This document shows positions 38,412-46,832 of a stretch of DNA of 64,000 nucleotides, piece by piece (position 1 is the first letter of the stretch; every line of letters begins with the position of its first letter). Both the position numbers and the translations under genes were made by a program. This DNA is from Alphaproteobacteria bacterium (GTDB lineage Bacteria > Pseudomonadota > Alphaproteobacteria > CAAHEQ01 > UBA3637), in NCBI GenBank assembly GCA_045536135.1, contig JAZSNA010000003.1, positions 45,108 to 109,107 on the forward strand, given 5' to 3'. Under the pieces are notes generated by a model, which had not been told where the DNA came from, ran no database searches, and saw only the letters and a program-made list of their open reading frames with translations.

Positions 38412-38708
38412 TCATTTTATCGTTATTTCAAACCTTGTGGCTTCACTTTCCGGTTTTTTCAGCAAAACGCCATGCTTTTCAAGGACTGTGGCGATTTCAT
38501 CTACATCACCGGACCATGCTAAATAACATTCGCCGTATTTCATTAAAGATTCATTATCCTGTGCGTGGTAAAAAACCACCTTGGCTTTATCCATTGGAAC
38601 GGCCGCCCAAGCACAACTTTGGCAGCATTTGAAGTTCTGTCGTGCGAAATACCCCAGTTTGCGTAACTCTTTAAAGGCGTTGTTTAAGTTTTCTTTATTG
38701 TAAAACAT
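38412..38708 (-). CDS. hypothetical protein
   Basis: 98-aa ORF with a Cys-containing segment CCQSCAW. Confidence 0.3.
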   Translation of the reverse strand: MFYNKENLNNAFKELRKLGYFARQNFKCCQSCAWAAVPMDKAKVVFYHAQDNESLMKYGECYLAWSGDVDEIATVLEKHGVLLKKPESEATRFEITIK

Positions 38709-38718
38709 GGTAACCTCC

Positions 38719-39024
38719 TTATTGTTTAATCCCTAAGTAGCGGCAGTAAGTGGAGCCTGACGGGTCGGCGTAAAGCGTTTTGTGGCCCTTGCAGGTTAAG
38801 GCGATGACCTGTCGCATCCCGTCGTCATCGTAGCCGCCTTTGCCGGTTAAAAACCCGTAATCGGCCATTGGGTTTTCACAGATGGCTTTGTAGGTTTCTT
38901 CGTCTAAGCGGATGGTTTCGGCGACCTTAACTTCGATTGCTTCGTTGCCGTATCTTTTGGTTAACTCCATGACTTCTTCTAAGTCACTCGGTTTGCGTAC
39001 TAAGTAGGTTTTAACTGTTTTCAT
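38719..39024 (-). CDS. hypothetical protein
   Basis: 101 aa with an AAGGAG RBS. Repeat copy 2 lies immediately upstream. Confidence 0.3.
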   Translation of the reverse strand: MKTVKTYLVRKPSDLEEVMELTKRYGNEAIEVKVAETIRLDEETYKAICENPMADYGFLTGKGGYDDDGMRQVIALTCKGHKTLYADPSGSTYCRYLGIKQ

Positions 39025-39050
39025 TTTAAGCTCCTTTTGTTATTGTTTTT

Positions 39051-39123
39051 CTAGGCTTTCTCTGCCTTTCCTTACAATTACATTGTTGCTTGGAATTCGA
39101 AATTTATCCAGTTAATTCTGCAT
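39051..39123. repeat. 73-bp direct repeat, copy 2
   Basis: See copy 1. It lies between the ParB-MTase stop and the next gene start. Confidence 0.55.
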
Positions 39124-40372
39124 CATTTTCGGTTATTTCTGCTTTATTTTCAATAAGTTGGGCTTTGTTGCCGGTATATTCCTCCCAACGCCTGATAATG
39201 ACGTCGCAAAACTTCGGATCTAGCTCAATTAATCGGGCAGAACGACCCGTTTTTTCGCACGCAATCAGCGTCGAGCCGGAGCCTCCGAAACCATCTAAAA
39301 CGATATTCCCGATTTTAGAGCTGTTATTTATGGCTCTTTCCACCAGTTCAACCGGCTTCATTGTTGGGTGTAAGTCGTTTTTGACCGGTTTATTGTATTC
39401 CCAAACGTCTGCCTGATCCCGGTCACCACACCAATGATGCTTTTGTTCGGCGTTCCAACCGTAAAGAATAGGCTCATATTGTCGCTGATAGTCGGCTCGG
39501 CCAAGGGTAAAGGTGTTCTTTTTCCAAATGATGAAGGTCGACCACTTGCCACCGGCATTGATGAACGAGTTATAAAGGGTATGCAGTTCAGATGAACTCA
39601 TGCACACATAGGCGGCACCTTTACAATACATCATCATATTGGATAAGCTATCCGTCAGAAACTGAGCAAAACCTTCGCCAAGGTTATCGTTCATAATCTT
39701 TCGGCCACCGAGTGAACCGGCATGATAGCGAATGCTGTCTTTCATGGTGGAGCCATAGTTCACGTTATAAGGTGGGTCTGTGAAAATCATATCGGCGACT
39801 TCGTCCTGCATTAGCTTTTTAACGTCATCAATCATAGTGGTATCCCCACAAATCAGACGGTGTCTGCCCAGTTGCCAAATATCGCCACGCTTTGTGACAG
39901 CTTCCTCGGGTGCTTCCGGAACTTCGTCATCATCGGTGTTACCGGACGACTTTTCCTCACCGAACAGTTGAATTTCGTTTAGTTCGTCCGGATTAAACCC
40001 AAGCAGGTTCAAATCAAAGTCCAGTTCTGAGAGTTCTTCCATTTCAAGGTGGAGCATCTCTTCATCCCATCCGGCATTTAGAGCAATCTTGTTGTCGGCA
40101 ATGACCAAGGCCCGGCGTTGAGTTTCGGTTAAGTGAGGCAACCTGATGACCGGAACCTCTGTCATACCAAGACGTTGTGCGGCCATAAGGCGACCATGAC
40201 CGGCGATTATAACATCATCATCTCCAATCAGGATTGGGTTTGTGAAACCGAACTCCTTAATGCTTGCCACAATTTGGGCGATTTGTTCATCGTTATGTGT
40301 CCGAGAGTTTCGGGCATATGGGATGAGCTTTTCGGTCGGATATTTTTCATTAAATTCCATGTAATTCTCCAT
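39104..40372 (-). CDS. ParB-like nuclease domain / DNA methyltransferase fusion (N6-A or N4-C MTase)
   Basis: The N-terminal ParB/Srx-like region has an IAGHGR motif. The C-terminus has an IFTDPPYNVNY (DPPY) catalytic motif and an FGGSGST SAM-binding motif. Confidence 0.7.
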   Translation of the reverse strand: MENYMEFNEKYPTEKLIPYARNSRTHNDEQIAQIVASIKEFGFTNPILIGDDDVIIAGHGRLMAAQRLGMTEVPVIRLPHLTETQRRALVIADNKIALNAGWDEEMLHLEMEELSELDFDLNLLGFNPDELNEIQLFGEEKSSGNTDDDEVPEAPEEAVTKRGDIWQLGRHRLICGDTTMIDDVKKLMQDEVADMIFTDPPYNVNYGSTMKDSIRYHAGSLGGRKIMNDNLGEGFAQFLTDSLSNMMMYCKGAAYVCMSSSELHTLYNSFINAGGKWSTFIIWKKNTFTLGRADYQRQYEPILYGWNAEQKHHWCGDRDQADVWEYNKPVKNDLHPTMKPVELVERAINNSSKIGNIVLDGFGGSGSTLIACEKTGRSARLIELDPKFCDVIIRRWEEYTGNKAQLIENKAEITENDAELTG

Positions 40373-40385
40373 AAAAAATACAAAG

Positions 40386-40421
40386 TGACCAGCCAGATTT
40401 TGAAATGACCAGCCAGAAAAA
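40386..40421. repeat. direct repeat TGACCAGCCAGA x2 immediately upstream of the ParB-MTase start (operator-like)
   Basis: The 12-mer occurs at 40386-40397 and 40410-40421, with a degenerate third copy gtgaccagtaaag at about 40468. Confidence 0.45.
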
Positions 40422-40573
40422 ACAAGACACCCTCAAACCCCAGTAAATACAATGGTTTCCGAGTATGGGTGACCAGTAAAGAAAAAGGTGTTTCGCTAGA
40501 AAAATCGGGCGGCTTGCGTCCCCGCATACGAACAGAGCCCAGGAAGGACCCGTTGCCCCGGAGCTGTCCAAGA

Positions 40574-40945
40574 TAGTATCTCGTTAGTATGATACTAACC
40601 ACCCAAACGGGCCAAAACCCGAGAGAGTATGTTGACAGTATGATACTATCCGTCAAATCCGGCTCAAAACCTCGATACCGTCTTGATAGTATGATACTAT
40701 CTGCCTATTGTGACGGGACGGTCGGGCTATGGTTTATCATAGCGAACATATATGCAAATCTATGCGAATATATGTCCGATATATGTGCAATATAGGGCGA
40801 TATTCCGTCAGAATAGCCCATATATATGTCTTATATGTGAGGCAACACCGACATATAATGTTATATGTTCGCATAGTATGATAATATCCGGCAATTCTGC
40901 CCAAAAGTTGGGATTATATGTCGTTAGTATGATATGTTCCGGCAA
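40574..40945. repeat. iteron array: five copies of near-palindromic TAGTATGATACTA, plus ATATGT-rich repeats
   Basis: Copies at 40584-40600, 40636-40650, 40685-40701, 40872-40894 and 40924-40945. An identical 14-mer tcgttagtatgata occurs at 40581 and 40921. Interspersed are atatgt/catatat repeats at 40741-40870. Confidence 0.6.
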
Positions 40946-40955
40946 ATTCGGGGGA

Positions 40956-41957
40956 TTATACCAAACCATTTCGGCATAAACGGGCGAAAACTGGCTTTGT
41001 TAAGTCCAATTCTTCAGCCAGTTCAATCGGGGTTTTGGCCACCGAGATGGCGGTATTTGTCTCGACACCTGACTTGATGGTCTTCACAACTGCACTTGGC
41101 AGTTCGGCTCGGCCAATACAGGAGGAGAGATAGACAAAGCACTCGTCGTTATCTTCCAAATAACGAAGAGCTAAACGGCGAGCATAGATGTTCAGTGTTA
41201 CATCTGCCTTGCTGCCGTCTTTAGTCCAAGGCGAGCCACCACCGATCGGACAGGCAGTAGAGTAAAAATCGCAGGCCAATTTGCGACCGGTAATGCCGCA
41301 GTCTGCGATGGAGGAATGCAATTTGAAACTTCCGGTGCCGTTAACTATGATGTTGTCAGGCTTTTCTCCGAGTGTTTCAATGATAAAATCTGTTAAATCT
41401 TCCGGTTCTTTCATCGGAATGGCAACGACAGCCGTTTCAATTCGGCCGTAGTCGTTTAAGGTTATCTGTGTTTTAATGTCAATGCCAAGGTTTTTGCTTT
41501 GACGAGCCTTAATATAAAGGGCATTGTTAAGGGTACGAGCGAGATAAAGCTCTCGGTTTATCAGGCCTTCACCTTTACAGGCGTAACCGACAAATACACC
41601 TTGGTCGCCCCAACCATTGGCTACTACGCCTTGGTTGATGTCTGCTGACTGCTGACCGATGAGGTTGATGACTTCGATTTTTCGAACATCTATGGCATTT
41701 TGTCCCCACATTTCGGCATATTTTTCATCATAACCGATATCTCTCAGGGCATTTTTAACGAACTCTTTGACATCTGACAGGACAACTTTTCCTTTGATTT
41801 CGCCTCCTAAAACGACGGTGTTGTCTTTGACCATAACCTCAACGGCATATTTGACGTCCGGGTCTTGGGCGATCATGCGGTCAAGGATATAACTGGAAAT
41901 ATAGTCGGCCGTTTTGTCCGGATGTCCGAGCGAAACGAACTCTGCTGTTTTTTTCAT
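40956..41957 (-). CDS. metK: S-adenosylmethionine synthetase (MetK) homolog, compact 333-aa phage-encoded form
   Basis: Aligns by eye along its whole length to E. coli MetK: GHPDKTADYIS..ILD......DP, GGEI, QSADINQGV, GWGDQGVFVGYA, DCGITGRKL, and a GGG loop. Confidence 0.65.
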   Translation of the reverse strand: MKKTAEFVSLGHPDKTADYISSYILDRMIAQDPDVKYAVEVMVKDNTVVLGGEIKGKVVLSDVKEFVKNALRDIGYDEKYAEMWGQNAIDVRKIEVINLIGQQSADINQGVVANGWGDQGVFVGYACKGEGLINRELYLARTLNNALYIKARQSKNLGIDIKTQITLNDYGRIETAVVAIPMKEPEDLTDFIIETLGEKPDNIIVNGTGSFKLHSSIADCGITGRKLACDFYSTACPIGGGSPWTKDGSKADVTLNIYARRLALRYLEDNDECFVYLSSCIGRAELPSAVVKTIKSGVETNTAISVAKTPIELAEELDLTKPVFARLCRNGLV

Positions 41958-42074
41958 CTTTTCTCCTTTTTGCTTATAAAAAAAGGCCCGACAGATGAAC
42001 TGCCGAGCCGGATGCTATATGTAAAAATGTATAAACGGGACGATTACGTAGAACCATCCCGATTATACCCTTAT

Positions 42075-42503
42075 TTATAGCGATTTCTTTTGAAAGTGTC
42101 CACTCATTTTTTGCACTCTGCATTTTTCCTTTCCTTTTAGGTAAAACTCAATCTTTACAATGGCTTTATCATACTTGAGCATTAACCTTGTTCTGCAAAG
42201 GCCAAATTCTCGGCATAAAATTTTCCAAGGAATTCGGTTGGCCCGTTTCCAAACAAGGCGGCGTTCATCAATCTCTAAAAGTGGTATCCATTCTAAAGTG
42301 ACAGTCTCCCATAAACTGACCTGTGCCTGAGTTGGACGAGGCCGAACCGGTCGGCGGTCCATCAGGGCCATTTCTTGCGGCGTGTATATAATCTCGGGCA
42401 TCAAACACCGATATCTGGAAGAACGGACAGGCGGCAACAACCGATCCACATAGGCGGCCGTTTCCAAGTTTGCTTTGATTTCTGCGATGGTCTTAGGTTT
42501 CAT
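42075..42503 (-). CDS. hypothetical protein with putative HTH
   Basis: 142 aa. IPWKILCREFGLCRTRLMLKY resembles an HTH segment. Confidence 0.3.
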   Translation of the reverse strand: MKPKTIAEIKANLETAAYVDRLLPPVRSSRYRCLMPEIIYTPQEMALMDRRPVRPRPTQAQVSLWETVTLEWIPLLEIDERRLVWKRANRIPWKILCREFGLCRTRLMLKYDKAIVKIEFYLKGKEKCRVQKMSGHFQKKSL

Positions 42504-43161
42504 CCGGCACCACCTTTACTTTGCTAAGCACATCATGACAGATGTCCGACATGGTCTCCATCTCTGAGTAGACAAGACCGTTTTCCTTGCAAAACCATTT
42601 CCGGACGGCTTTACGCCAGTCAACGGCAATGTATTTCTTGCCGTTCATCCAACCACGTTCTTCGTTCCACCGAACGAAGGCAACTGGGTCAATTGTATAT
42701 CCACTTCGTTTGCAGTATTCAGCCACTTCTTCAATGCTTGGAGCACCGACATATCCGGACTTATCCACATTTTCCGTCTCTTTATTTTTATTATTTTTAA
42801 TAAAAACATTTTCAGACTCTTCTCCTTTATCCTTCTCCTTATCAGGTTTTTCGTTGGCGGAATTTGGAGGTGGTTCTGAAACCTTAAGGTTTTCTTTTTC
42901 CTTTTTCGGACGACCACCTTTAGAGCCGCCAGCCTTACGTTTTTCGCAGGTTTCAAAATATTTGCGATTGTTTTCATCAATGCCTGCTTGCAAAAAATTA
43001 AAACGGTCTTGAACTTTTTCCGATAAATTTTTTGTAATTTTTCCGTACAGAGCGTATTCACAAAGAGCCTTAATTAAATTCGCACATTCACAATTTGTGA
43101 AATTATACACAGAAGCAAGGAACTCCGCCGGATAAAACACGAATGACGTTTTTCTATCCAT
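42493..43161 (-). CDS. hypothetical protein (possible replication/regulatory function)
   Basis: 222 aa with a low-complexity K/E-rich linker between two globular halves. No firm motif. Confidence 0.25.
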   Translation of the reverse strand: MDRKTSFVFYPAEFLASVYNFTNCECANLIKALCEYALYGKITKNLSEKVQDRFNFLQAGIDENNRKYFETCEKRKAGGSKGGRPKKEKENLKVSEPPPNSANEKPDKEKDKGEESENVFIKNNKNKETENVDKSGYVGAPSIEEVAEYCKRSGYTIDPVAFVRWNEERGWMNGKKYIAVDWRKAVRKWFCKENGLVYSEMETMSDICHDVLSKVKVVPDET

Positions 43162-43399
43162 TTTTAGGTCCTTTCATCGTATCCATTGTTTTGATACGAA
43201 TAATCCCTTGCACCCAACGTAGGGCAAGAACAGCTCGTTGGTAGTCTTTTGTCTTTTCTTTATGCTTCAAGGAATAGTAAATAACTTCGTCCTTTAAGCG
43301 GCTTTCAAACTCTCTCAACTGTTTGAAAGACAGAGATACCATCGCATCTGCAGGAATTTCTTTAATAACTTCAAAAACTGTATCTTTTGGTTTGATCAT
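43154..43399 (-). CDS. hypothetical protein
   Basis: 81 aa with an AAGGAG RBS. A conserved hairpin and a 40-bp repeat lie upstream. Confidence 0.3.
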   Translation of the reverse strand: MIKPKDTVFEVIKEIPADAMVSLSFKQLREFESRLKDEVIYYSLKHKEKTKDYQRAVLALRWVQGIIRIKTMDTMKGPKNG

Positions 43400-43477
43400 T
43401 TTTTCTCCTTTTGTTAATGTTGATACAAAAGGTAAATTCCCGATAAAGTCGAAATGTGCCGAAAAAAAATAATTTTT

Positions 43478-43987
43478 TTATTTTTTTATCTTTCCTCGTT
43501 TTATTCGTTCATCAATATCTTTCAAAACAGTATGTGAAATTCTTAGCTTATTCCTAGCATTTCTAACGGTTTCTCCATTTAAAATAAGGTCTACAAATTG
43601 ATTTTGTTTGTCTGATAAAAATTTTCTTTTTTCTTCAAATTCGATTTTATTTTCAATGTCTGCCAGCGAAAACGTATCTTCAAGTTCAAAACCTTCCTTT
43701 TCAAACATACTATTTAATGACTCTTTATTAAAAAAACCCGACTGCTTTTCTCGCAATCGGGTTCGTCCTAGGTGCATGGCTTTAGATTTAATCGCCATAA
43801 AAAGTGTATCATTTGGAATTTCAGGACCTCGCTTTCTAATAAACTCCAAATAAAATAAAACTAGATCCTGAACGATGTCTTCACGTTCTTGATAATCAAA
43901 AAGTCCTGTTGAGTAAATATAATGCAGATGTATTTTAATATAGGTCACCACATTTTGGGGCAAACCTTTGAATAAATATTGAGCCAT
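43478..43987 (-). CDS. sigma-70 family (ECF-like) sigma factor, phage-encoded
   Basis: A region-2-like segment DIVQDLVLFYLEF and a C-terminal region-4-like HTH (LSDKQNQFVDLILNGETVRNARNKLRISHTVLK). Confidence 0.4.
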   Translation of the reverse strand: MAQYLFKGLPQNVVTYIKIHLHYIYSTGLFDYQEREDIVQDLVLFYLEFIRKRGPEIPNDTLFMAIKSKAMHLGRTRLREKQSGFFNKESLNSMFEKEGFELEDTFSLADIENKIEFEEKRKFLSDKQNQFVDLILNGETVRNARNKLRISHTVLKDIDERIKRGKIKK

Positions 43988-44143
43988 TTTGAAACCTTTT
44001 GTTAATGATTAATACAAAAGGCCATATATTCATAAGTCGTGGTTTGTTCAATAAATCGTTGAAAGAAACGAAAAAAAATATACCTATGTGTATATGAAGG
44101 ACATACATAGGTATAATTAGACTTTAGTTTTGGATTTTTGGAC

Positions 44144-45850
44144 TCATTTAAATCCAAGTTCACGACGTTGTTCTGCCCAAGAATATGGGAAACGCTCTCT
44201 TAATAATCTTCTTAATGTGAGTAGTTTAGGCTGACGACCTTCTAAAATAGCCATAATAATATCGGGTGCAAGGGTTGTAAGACGAATGATTTGACCAAGA
44301 TAACTATGATTGCATCGTTCGTGTTTAGATAACTCTGCCAACGACCATTTTCTTGTTTCCATTTTCTCTTTTAAATAAAATGCTTGAGTTACTGCATTAA
44401 ATAGTTTTTCATCTCGAGCAGGAAGTTCTTTTGTTGGATTTGTTGGCTCTACAATTTTAACACTTCCCCGTTTACGTCCAAAAGTTACTTCATATTTTAG
44501 AATTAGGCTTTTTTTACAGTAATTAGGATTTTCTCCTATTAGTTGATTTTCATAAATCTGAGCCCCATAAGGTTTTAACTTTATTTCTATATAATCTTTA
44601 TGCAAAATAACTTTTTCTAAAATTTCTGCGATAAAATCATGAACGGTTGCCGGTTCAAAATACTGAAAAACTTCTCCAATATCATTGACTAAATCAAAAG
44701 CTGTACTGGCAGTGTAGTTCGGATTGACTTCTTCTAATTGACGAGCCAGTTCTTTTATTATTTCTGGTGACTTAAATATCTGCTGTATTTTACCGATAAC
44801 AAATGTATCTAGCTCTCCAGCTGGAACACTTCCTATTTTACACGGTTTATATTTAACGCCTTCTTTTACACCTTTTAGAGCAGAATAGTATTCGTAATAT
44901 TTATTGCCATGTTTACTGCGTGTGGGAATCATTGTACCACAACACTCACATTCAAGCAGACCTTTTAATAGGCTATGCTTTATAGAACGAGACGGTCTAA
45001 AGGCATTCTTCAAATTATCGTGCTTTAAATTTATTGTTCGATCCCATAATTCTTGAGTAATAATAGCTTCGTGCTGTCCTTCATACAATTCACCTTTATA
45101 AGGCATTTTTCCAAGATAAATAGGATTGTTTAAAATGTTATTTATCATCGAGTGATTAAACTCATCATTATTCTTTAATGTTCCATCCTTATTTCGTCGT
45201 TCTTTAGGTTTATAACCTCGATTGTTTACATTATGCGTTGTAGCCGCTTCCGACCTTGTACGGATATAATCTTCAAATATAAATCGAATTATTTCAGCTT
45301 CAGAAGGCTCGATAATCAGTTTCTTGTTTTTAAGGGTATATCCCAAAGGGACAGAACCTCCAGTCCACATTCCTTTTTTTCGACTTGCGGCGATTTTATC
45401 ACGTACACGTTCTGCACCCAGTTCTCTTTCAAATTGAGCAAAGGATAATAAAATATTTAGAGTCAACTTACCCATGGAATCGCAAGTATTAAAATGTTGT
45501 GTGACAGATACAAATGAACAGTTATGCTTTTCAAAAGTTTTAACAAGTTGTGCAAAATCAAGAAGTGAACGGGTAAGTCGGTCTATTTTATAAACAACAA
45601 TCATATCTACTTTTCCAGCCTCAACATCTTCAATAAGTCGTTTTAAAGCAGGGCGTTTTAAACTGCCACCACTAAAACCACCATCGTCATAATGTTCTGG
45701 GATTGTTATCCAACCTTGGTGTTTCAGACTTTTAACATAGTTCTCACCGGCTTCTCGTTGAGCTTCTAAGGTATTAAATTCTTTTTCAAGTCCTTCATCT
45801 GTTGACTTTCTTGTGTAAATTGCACATCGTATCTGTTTTTGTGTTTCCAT
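44144..45850 (-). CDS. large serine recombinase (phage integrase)
   Basis: N-terminal resolvase domain with catalytic Ser (CAIYTRKSTDEG...) and GKVDMIVVYKIDRLTRS, followed by a long recombinase domain with a Cys-x2-Cys zinc ribbon. Start set at METQKQ, which has an AAGGAG RBS. Confidence 0.85.
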   Translation of the reverse strand: METQKQIRCAIYTRKSTDEGLEKEFNTLEAQREAGENYVKSLKHQGWITIPEHYDDGGFSGGSLKRPALKRLIEDVEAGKVDMIVVYKIDRLTRSLLDFAQLVKTFEKHNCSFVSVTQHFNTCDSMGKLTLNILLSFAQFERELGAERVRDKIAASRKKGMWTGGSVPLGYTLKNKKLIIEPSEAEIIRFIFEDYIRTRSEAATTHNVNNRGYKPKERRNKDGTLKNNDEFNHSMINNILNNPIYLGKMPYKGELYEGQHEAIITQELWDRTINLKHDNLKNAFRPSRSIKHSLLKGLLECECCGTMIPTRSKHGNKYYEYYSALKGVKEGVKYKPCKIGSVPAGELDTFVIGKIQQIFKSPEIIKELARQLEEVNPNYTASTAFDLVNDIGEVFQYFEPATVHDFIAEILEKVILHKDYIEIKLKPYGAQIYENQLIGENPNYCKKSLILKYEVTFGRKRGSVKIVEPTNPTKELPARDEKLFNAVTQAFYLKEKMETRKWSLAELSKHERCNHSYLGQIIRLTTLAPDIIMAILEGRQPKLLTLRRLLRERFPYSWAEQRRELGFK

Positions 45851-45851
45851 T

Positions 45852-46262
45852 TTATTCTCCTTGTTTATCAATACCAAAAAAATATCTGCCAGATATTTTT
45901 CTACCGGTTATTTTTTTTGCAATTGCTGATAGGCTTGGGTACTTCATCCCATTGTATTCAAAGCCATCATTTAGAATAATGACCGAATGTTCAACCTGTT
46001 GGTATTCACGAATAATTCGTGTACCGGTTGGCGGAAGGTTCTTTCTTCCATCCGGAGGGACATACATCTGTGCAATAAGTTTTTGTTGTGCCTTTGGTAA
46101 ACCTCCGTAAGCAAGCTCTTGTATTCGATAAGCTATTCGGGAAACAAAAAACTCTTTATTTTGAGAGATCGTTGGTTCTGTAAAATATTCTTTCCACATT
46201 TCTTGTAGCTCTGGTAAAGATTTATTCTTTAATAAAGCTATTTCAACTACGACCGATTTCAT
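45852..46262 (-). CDS. DUF2924-like protein (conserved partner gene upstream of large serine recombinases)
   Basis: 136 aa. YPSLSAIAKKITGRKISGRYFFG matches my recollection of the DUF2924 hallmark. It abuts the recombinase start. Confidence 0.4.
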   Translation of the reverse strand: MKSVVVEIALLKNKSLPELQEMWKEYFTEPTISQNKEFFVSRIAYRIQELAYGGLPKAQQKLIAQMYVPPDGRKNLPPTGTRIIREYQQVEHSVIILNDGFEYNGMKYPSLSAIAKKITGRKISGRYFFGIDKQGE

Positions 46263-46420
46263 TGTGTACCTCCATTATTTTCGTTTTCGTGATCACAATG
46301 AATGCTTGGATTTTTTATTTTATCCAGTCTTTTCTGAATAATTTCACCACTTTCTTGCATTTCCAAATATCTTAGGATATCGGGCATAATTATTTTAATT
46401 AATTTTTCTACTTGGGTCAT
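46259..46420 (-). CDS. hypothetical small protein
   Basis: Internal Met start (MTQVEKLIK...) about 53 aa. A 40-bp repeat lies 20 bp upstream. Confidence 0.25.
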   Translation of the reverse strand: MTQVEKLIKIIMPDILRYLEMQESGEIIQKRLDKIKNPSIHCDHENENNGGTQ

Positions 46421-46786
46421 TTTTGACCTCCTTTCGAAATGGTAAATTCCCAGAGAAGTCAAAATGTGCCGAAAAAAATTAAAAAAATCTCGTTGTCGGT
46501 ATATCGTATTGAAAAACAACAAAAAAATATTTATAAGGCTAGTTGTCAGTGAATAAAAACAAACCTCTCTTGAGTGGATGGGAAAATTGGACATCATATA
46601 ATTTTATGGAAATTTATAAAAATCAATGTGTTTTTGACCAAGTTGCCAAAAGAAAATGACCACTTGCTCAAGGTATACTTTTACGGCAAAGGTATATGTA
46701 TAAGTTGATTTGATAGCAGAAGACAGCTTGATTTATGAAAATGTGAGAGGAGAGGATGTTGGCTGTTATTGGGCTTTCGCAGGGTA

Positions 46787-46816
46787 TAAAAAAAGCGGAC
46801 ACTTAATAGTATCCGC
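46787..46816 (-). terminator. rho-independent terminator downstream of tRNA-Pro
   Basis: On the minus strand: gcgga-tactattaagtg-tccgc followed by TTTTTTT. Confidence 0.4.
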
Positions 46817-46832
46817 ATTTATTTTTTCTAAT

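Larger units (their letters stand above)
14230..46600 (-). mobile_element. lambda-like (siphovirus) prophage with large serine recombinase
   Basis: Contiguous lambda-syntenic head-tail module, lysis cassette, early/defence genes and a serine integrase. GC is visibly higher than the flanks. Ends are approximate because serine integrases leave no long direct repeats. Confidence 0.75.

Noticed and set aside
38339-39416. Plus-strand ORFs 38339-38632 and 39090-39416 with similar N-termini
   Set aside because: The similarity arises from translating the 73-bp direct repeat. Both are antisense to minus-strand genes.
40574-40945. Repeat array considered as a CRISPR array
   Set aside because: The repeats are short (about 13 bp), imperfect and irregularly spaced, with no cas genes nearby. 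They fit iterons or operators better.
40589-40979. Plus-strand ORFs 40589-40795 and 40752-40979
   Set aside because: They are composed of the iteron and ATATGT repeats themselves (translated repeats), so they are non-coding.
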